A DNA stretch of 64,000 nt from Octopus vulgaris. Lineage: Eukaryota. Where the stretch lies: contig OX597822.1 in assembly GCA_951406725.2 (NCBI GenBank), positions 54,126,001-54,190,000 on the forward strand. Direction: 5' to 3'. A program made the position numbers and the translations under genes. Positions 56,884 to 64,000 of this stretch are shown here, piece after piece; position 1 is the first letter of the stretch, and every line of letters begins with the position of its first letter. Below the pieces are notes generated by a model, which was given only the letters and a program-made list of their open reading frames with translations, was not told the DNA's origin and did not search any database.

Positions 56884-58999
56884 TATATCTGTGTAAGGCA
56901 TATTTGTTTGTAGTTTTTGGAAATTCAACAGAGGGTGGAAAGGCAGTTTAGTGAGGGATATTTTTGGAAGAATACACGCAGTATTTGGTGCAATGTTCTG
57001 TGGTTTATTTGTGCAAAAATAATTAATAAAATATCCAGTTTTGTATGGTTGTAATTGAATTGGTTGAAAAAATGTCAAAGTGTATTTATTCATTCATGAT
57101 AACTGGAACAATACAATACAACCTCTGTCTCCAGCAGTGACCTCTACTTAACTACGGTTCTATTTTGGTTTGGTGGAATCAGTAACCAAAATGATGGGCA
57201 CAATCATCAGTGATAAAACTAGTCTTCCCTTTTGTTACCATATTTCTGTTGAAATACATTGCTTTTGTTTCGATTAAGTTTGAAAATAATGCAGGATTTA
57301 GTAATATAACTGTCATTAATAATCTGGCGTGTAAAACATAAAGTAGTGTGAAATTTTTATTGGAGGTTAAATTTAGATCACTCTAAAACAGTAAGTTCGT
57401 ATCATAGAACCAAGGATGATCATATGGCAGTTGGCATCAAAAGGGCTCACTATGTTGATTCAATTATTGTTGACTCTAGAATGTTCTGTGAAAAACATGG
57501 CATTAACATCTTTTGATTTTGATGTTGCTTTTTGATGCTCAGACCAAAGCTAGCACTGATTGACAGACTAGGAACAACAAAACATTCCAATTACATTTTT
57601 AGAGATGAAAGTCATATGTATTCTGTCTGTTATTTAACAACAATGAAATAAATGTGGATTGAATAAATGCTAAAGATTTACTGTTTGGTTGACAAAATGA
57701 TATTGTACTAAATTCCATAGTTATTTTGAAAATTGTAAGATAGGATTATATATTTTTCTGAAGCATTTTAGTGTATGTTCATGTTGACTGTGATAGCATT
57801 TCCTATCCTTACATGCTCTTTAATAAGCGCATGCGTGTGTGCGTGCACACACACACACAGACACACACTCTGTGAGACTATGTAGAAAAATGTAATTGTT
57901 CAACCTCTGCTTTTGTTTTAATAAATTACAGAATCAAATATGCATATAATTTTTGACTTACCCTATTGTGTGTGTGTATGTATGTATATATATATATAAC
58001 TGGCTTCTGTGCCAGTGGGCACGTAAAAGGGCACCATTCGAGTGTGATCGTTGCCAAAGTCGCCTTCTGGCACCTGTGCTGGTGGCATGTATAAAAGGAT
58101 TCGAGTGAGGTCGTTGCCAGTACCGCCTGACTGGCCCCCGTGCCAGTGGCACGTAAAAAGCACCCACTACACTCTCGGAGTGGTTGGCATTAGGAAGGGC
58201 ATCCAGCTGTAGAATCTCTGCCAAATCAAGACTGGAGCCTGGTGCAGCCATCTGGTTCGCCAGCTCCCAGTCAAAATCGTCCAACCCATGCTAGCATGGA
58301 AAGCGGACGTTAAATGATGATGATGATGATGATATATATATATAATATAAAATCTGTTCTGTGTGTGTGTGTCTTCTAGGATCTTGGGTATCCTCCATCC
58401 GTTTGCGCTCAAATTTGATATGCAGATACTGACAGTATCAGGACGTGTATAAGTCTTGAAAAAATTACAAAAATCGATTCCAGGTTAGAATGTGATCGAT
58501 AAAGCCGTGGGAATGTAAATTTGTACACGCAAGTACATCAGCTGTTGCGATGTACTTACTGGTACTTTAAACTCTTTGGTTGCATATTTGTGTGAATAAA
58601 ATCGTTTTTCTTTGGAATAGAAAAAAAGTCTATCTTTATTTATTCTTTTGTTGGCGTCTCAAATTTAGGCTAAATCAGTGTTTCTCAAAGGGGAGGCCTA
58701 TGGCACGGTTGGACAAGTTCTTTTGAGAAAATTTGGTTTAAATGTTTGACAACTCAGCACCGTCCATTGGGCGGGGGAAGAAGGGGGCTTTTGCTTGTAT
58801 ATACATATATATGGTTCAAAAGTACAGAAAACAAAAGACAGATACTGGTGAGCAAACAGCAAGCAGGTGTAATAGTTTGATGCTTGGGAAAAATAGAAAA
58901 ATCTTTGATATTTTGAGCTTCCGCTCTTTGATAGAAAGGGATGAGAGGGGAAAAAATTGAAGAGAGAGCGAGAGAAAAAAGTGTCGGGATCAGCAGATC

Positions 59000-59052
<53 letters not shown>

Positions 59053-59657
59053 TACACACACAAAATACCTTGGAATCCCTACAGTTTCTACCAAATTCAC
59101 TTGGCCAGCCCAGGACTTTAATAGAAGACACATGTCCAAGGTGTCCTGTAGGAGGATTGAACCCAAAGGTGCAAGCTTAGCTGTGTGATTGAGAAGTATC
59201 TATCTGTGTGTGTGTGTGTGTGTGTCTCTTTATCTTGACATTGTGTGTTAGTTGTCATAGAGTGTCACTGCCATAAAAGCAGTATCATTCACTTCAAGGA
59301 ATTCCATGAAACCATGTCTGGCAATGGGAGGAAATATTACCTTGTTTGGAAACAGGTGAGGGTTGGTTACGGGAAGGGAATCCAGCTGAGAAAAATCTGC
59401 ATGAGTAAACTCCGAATGAGCCATGCAAGCATGGAAGAGTGTATGATATAGCAATGATGATATCAAAACAGAGAGAGAGAGAGAGAAAGAGAAGGCATTT
59501 AGAAACTTTAGATATAAATGAACTTGTTTTCAGATTATTATTATTATTATTATTATTGGTTTTTTTTTTTGGTAAAAAAGAATATTGGTATTCCTCTTTT
59601 CAGACCTGCATTGACTGTGATGTATAACAATGAAGTTAATGTGAACTGACATTTGCC

Positions 59658-59794
59658 ATGGCATCTCCATCTGGTTTGGATTCCGAAGAGTTTCCTGTTC
59701 TTCAGAATGTTTTTGAAAATGGATTACCCAGTGTTGGTGCTCTTGATGGTATCATGGCACATATTGACCAGAAACTCCATCAGAACTCAAGAGA
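59658..59794 (+). CDS. First coding exon of a host gene (exon 59604-59794); tentative KIAA0825-like N-terminus
   Basis: Acceptor TTCCTCTTTTCAG (59603), upstream in-frame TAA, Kozak GCCATGG, open peptide MASPSGLDSEEFPVLQNVFENGLPSVGALDGIMAHIDQKLHQNSR, and phase-2 donor GTAAGT at 59795. The identity is from recall only. Confidence 0.7.
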
Positions 59795-60192
59795 GTAAGT
59801 TCTTTCTCAAGTAACCAAGATTTATATATTTGAGTTAAATTTTTTCATCTCTCTCACTCCCATGTTTTTGGGTTTTGTTTATTATTTTTCGTATTCTTTA
59901 TTCTAACATTCTGCCATTCTATTATTTCTGACTCTGTTCTATTAGTAGATGATTCATCTTCTTCCTCTTCTTAAGAAAAAAAAGGAGATGAAAAGAGAGA
60001 GAGAGAGCAAGAGAGTGAAAGGAAAAAAAAAAAATCCATGGTGATGATGGTGGTGGTAGTTGGGTGGTGATGATGATTTCATAGAAATTTTGCCAAAACA
60101 GACAAAGAGCATGGGCAGTCTTTGAGCTGGTCAGCTCCTGTCAAACCGTCCAACCCATGCCAGGTTGTTAAAAGATGATGATGTTGAAAGTA

Positions 60193-60410
60193 AAGCGGTG
60201 AGCTGGCAGAATTATTAGCATGTTTGGCAAAATGCTTAGCAGGGTTTTGTCCATCTTTATGTTCTCAGTTCAAATGCTGCTGAAGTCAACTTTGCCTTTC
60301 ATCTTTTTGAGGTTGATAAAGTAAGTCCCAGTTGAATACTGGGGTCATTGTAATCAACTTAGCCCTTTTCCTGAAATTACCGGCCATGTGCCAAAATGGA
60401 AAATCAATAT
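60193..60410 (+). mobile_element. SINE family B, CpG-decayed
   Basis: Family B head, central block and tail. Confidence 0.8.
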
Positions 60411-60428
60411 AAATATATGATATATATG

Positions 60429-60518
<90 letters not shown>

Positions 60519-60684
60519 TTTTATTCTTATATATGTTTCAGCCCTAAGGCTGTAGCCATGCTGGGGCACTGCCAGTGGAAACTCTTGTCACAAGTGTACT
60601 GGATGCTTTTTACATGTTACCAGCACTAATGGGGTCACCAAGTACCTTGCAAGGCAAGACCCCTCAACTGAAGTAATATCCCCT

Positions 60685-60912
60685 TCAGTTGACAGGGATA
60701 TTACACAAAGTACAACAGAAACAGGAAGTAAGAGTGAGAGAAAGTTGTGGTGAAAGAGTACAGCAGGGATCACCACCATCCCCTGCCGGAGCCTTGTGGA
60801 ACTTTAGGTGTTTTTGCTCAATAAACACTCACAACGCTCGGTCTGGGAATCGAAACCGCGATCCTATGACTGCGAGTCTGCTGCCCTAACCACTGGGCCA
60901 TTGCGCCTCCAC
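60685..60912 (-). mobile_element. tRNA-derived SINE related to family E
   Basis: Minus strand GGAGGCGCAATGGCCCAGTGGTTAGGGCA...GGTTTCGATTCC. Confidence 0.8.
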
Positions 60913-60939
60913 ATAATTGTAATAGTGATAATAATAATA

Positions 60940-61152
60940 ATAATTTCAAATTTTGGCACAAGGCCAGTAATTCCGGTGGAGGGGGCATGTTGATAGCATT
61001 GACCCCAGTACTAAACTAGTACTTATTTTATCAACCCCGAAAGGACGAAAGGCAGAGTCAGCCTCAGCAGAATTTGAACTGAGAACGTAAAGATGGATGA
61101 AATGCCACTAAGCATTTTCCTGGCATGCCAACAATTCTGCCAGTTCCCTTCC
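60940..61152 (-). mobile_element. SINE family B
   Basis: Reverse-complement family B motifs. Confidence 0.8.
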
Positions 61153-61184
61153 TTACTGAAATACTAGATATACTCTTTACTCTT

Positions 61185-61575
61185 TTACTTGTTTCAGTCA
61201 TTTGACTGCGGCCATGCTGGAGCACCGCCTTTAATCGAGCAACTCGACCCCGGGACTTATTCTTTTGTAAGCCCAGTACTTATTCTATTGGTCTCTTTTG
61301 CCGAACCGCTAAGTAACGGGGACACACCAGCATCAGTTGTCAAGCAATGCGAGGGGGGGACAAACACACACACAAACACACACATGCATAGATATATATA
61401 TACATATATACGACGGGCTTCTTTTCAGTTTCCGTCTACCAAATCCACTCACAAGGCTTTGGCCAGCCCGAGGCTATAGTAGAAGACACTTGCCCAAGGT
61501 GCCACGCAGTGGGACTGAACCTGGAACCATGTGGTTGGTAAACAAGCTACTTACCTCACAGCCACTCCTGCGCCT
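61185..61575 (-). mobile_element. SINE family A, young copy
   Basis: Nearly identical to 4524-4930. Confidence 0.9.
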
Positions 61576-62215
61576 ATCTTTATGAAAATGCAACAGTTGG
61601 AATGCCTTTGGCAGTAGGTCTGCCTGATCAGAGCTGATTTAGGGCTAAACAACCAGAACCACTACAACGACAGTTCCTGTCTGTCTTCTGACCTAATCTC
61701 CATTCTTACCCCCCCCCCCGCCTTCAGAACTTGTTAGTTATATCATCTTGGTAACAGAATATTAATAATAATAATAATAATCTTCTTTGCTTCTCACCTC
61801 CACCTACAGAATGTTTACAATGAGAGGTATAAATATGGTTGTGTAACTGCCAGACATGCTGAACTCTGTTGAACCCATATGCTTGTTTAATTAATATAAT
61901 TAGTAAATAAAGTACTATTGATAACTAATTAGTAACATAAATATCTTGGTGCTTCAATTATCTATTACAGCATCTCTGCATTGAGCTGTTTTCTGACTAT
62001 TTTTAAGTCTTAAAATGAAGCCTGAGTTGATCTGTAAGTACAAGTGTGTGTGTGTGCGCGCACATACACACACAATGCACTAACCAACACATACATGCAA
62101 GAGCCTATATACACACAAATGCACCAACCTCCACACCATTGCACACACACATACAATGTAAGAATCAACAAACACAAATGCATCATCCCACTCACATACA
62201 CACACACACACACAT

Positions 62216-62515
62216 GGAGGCACATGGCCTAGTGGTTAGAGCAGTGGACTTGCGGTCGAGGGATCGTGGGTTCGAATCTTAGACCAGGCGATGTGTGTGT
62301 TTATGAGCAAAAACACCTAAGCTTCACACGGCTCCGACAGAAGGTAATGGCAAACTTCTGCTGACTCTTTCGCCACAACTTTCTCTCACTCTTTCCTCCT
62401 GCATCTTGCAGCTCACCTGCGACGGACTGGCGTCCTGTCCAGGTAGGGAACCTATACGCCAAGAAACCGGGAAACCAGCCCTTATGAGCCAGGCACGGCT
62501 CGAGAAGGAACAAAC
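62216..62515 (+). mobile_element. SINE family E, full length
   Basis: TGGCCTAGTGG A box, GGTTCGAATC B box and AAGGAACAAACAA tail. Confidence 0.9.
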
Positions 62516-62599
62516 AATACACACTCATATACACAATGTACAAACCAACACATATGCACAAACCTACATACACACAAATACACCAACCCACCTACATAT

Positions 62600-62638
<39 letters not shown>

Positions 62639-63158
62639 CACACACACAGAAATGCATAGATATATACTCACAGACCCATAAACATATGAATGCCCGCCCC
62701 ACTCATGCACTCCCCCCTCCTACATATTCAATTCGAAGTTGATGATTCACTCTCTCACTAGTCAGAGTTATTTTTTTTCAAAGGTAAAAATCTTACAGGT
62801 AACTGAAGAATAATCAGTGGAAAGGTTGCTGGCCAGATGTAGCAAACTCTGGCTAGTTCTACTTATGAGAACCCTAAATCTCAACAGTAACCAATCAAAC
62901 ATTTTGTTACTTGATTGATCATTCATCTGGTAAGAAACTCCAAAAACCAATACTTTTACTTATGTTTATTAATTGAACATTCGTGTGTGTGTGTGTGTGT
63001 GTGTGATACACACATACACATGCATGGCTGTATGTTAAAAAAGTTTGCTTCCCAATCACATGGTTCTGGGTTCAGTCCTACTTCATGTTACCTTGGGCAA
63101 ATGTCTTTTACTATGTCCCTGGGCTGACCAAAGCCTTGTGAGTGAATTTGGTTGAGTG

Positions 63159-63391
63159 AAGGCGGCGAGCTGGTAGAAATGTTAGCACCCCGGGCGAAAT
63201 GCTTAGTGATAATTTGTGTGTTGCTACATTCTTAGTTCAAATTCTGCCGAGGTCGACTTTGCTTTTCATCCTTTCAGGGTCAATTAAATAAGTACCAGTT
63301 ACACACTGGGGTCGATATGATCGACTTAATCAGTTTGTCTGTCCTTGTTTGTCCCCTCAGTGTGTAGCCCCTTGTGGGCAGTAAAGAAATA
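63159..63391 (+). mobile_element. Long-tail SINE B nested in a family A SINE
   Basis: The family A head at 63020-63158 resumes as GAAACTGA after ...GTAAAGAAATAG. Confidence 0.85.
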
Positions 63392-64000
63392 GGAAACTGA
63401 GAAAAAGAGAAAGACCTGTTGTATAGATAGACAGACAGACAGATAGATAGCTAGCTAGATAGATAGATACATACATACATACATGTACTATATACACACA
63501 CATGTATGTATGTGTGTTTGTATCCTTGTCTTTATATCATGTGGTATTTGCATATGAGTGTCATTGTCATACAAGCCGTGTCATTCATTTCCAATATTCT
63601 GCAGAAGCATGCCAAGCCATGGGGTAATTTTACCTTGCTTGGAAATAAGTGAGGTTTGGTGGCAGAAGGAGTGTCTAGCTGTGAAAAATCTAACTCTGTA
63701 CCTTCTGTCTGACTCCTGCAAACATAGAAAAGCAGACATCAAAATGATGTTGATATAAATGTGTGTGTGTTTGTGCATGCACTTGTCTCTCTCTCTTGAC
63801 ACCACAGGAGAGTTATAAATGAATATCACTTTGCCTCTGGCCTTCCATGAGAATGGGTCTGGCTACTGGGAAATAGCACCTTGCTTTGAGGTAGGTGAGG
63901 CCTGGGGACCGGTAAAAAATTGGGCGATGAAAAGATGGATGATATGTTACATAATTCCTCGGTTTGTTTAATGCCCATTTTCCATGCTAGAATTAGTTGG

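Noticed and set aside
61810-61826. Possible 17-nt micro-exon (CTACAG|...|GTATAA)
   Set aside because: The donor is weak and there is no homology support.
62216-62290. Functional tRNA genes at SINE heads (also 4524, 13511, 38598 and 60840)
   Set aside because: A and B boxes are present but the cloverleaves are incomplete, and each continues into a SINE body.

Overview
This is AT-rich, microsatellite-dense eukaryotic DNA. The repeat families suggest an octopus (cephalopod) genome; this is inferred from sequence style, not from a search. Almost every entry in the ORF track is an artefact of simple repeats. What the sequence supports: (i) dozens of tRNA-derived SINEs of several families; (ii) decayed DNA transposons (maT/Tc1-like, a full-length defective mariner, piggyBac and Helitron pieces) and non-LTR retrotransposons (Tx1/L1-like, RLE/HERO-like, RTE, a young CR1-group 3' fragment, and a near-complete Penelope-like element split by a composite Helitron); (iii) several hammerhead-ribozyme motifs, including one duplicated as a perfect 159-bp palindrome at 33043-33201; (iv) large tandem arrays ((TA)n/TATG arrays at 25.6-31.7 kb, four ~150-bp units at 43.9 kb, a 3.7-kb 22-bp minisatellite at 45-48.7 kb); (v) one convincing host coding exon at 59604-59794 (+), tentatively KIAA0825-like, with candidate promoters near 15.4-17.3 kb and 23 kb. 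Repeat boundaries are read by eye and approximate unless a TSD or TIR is quoted.
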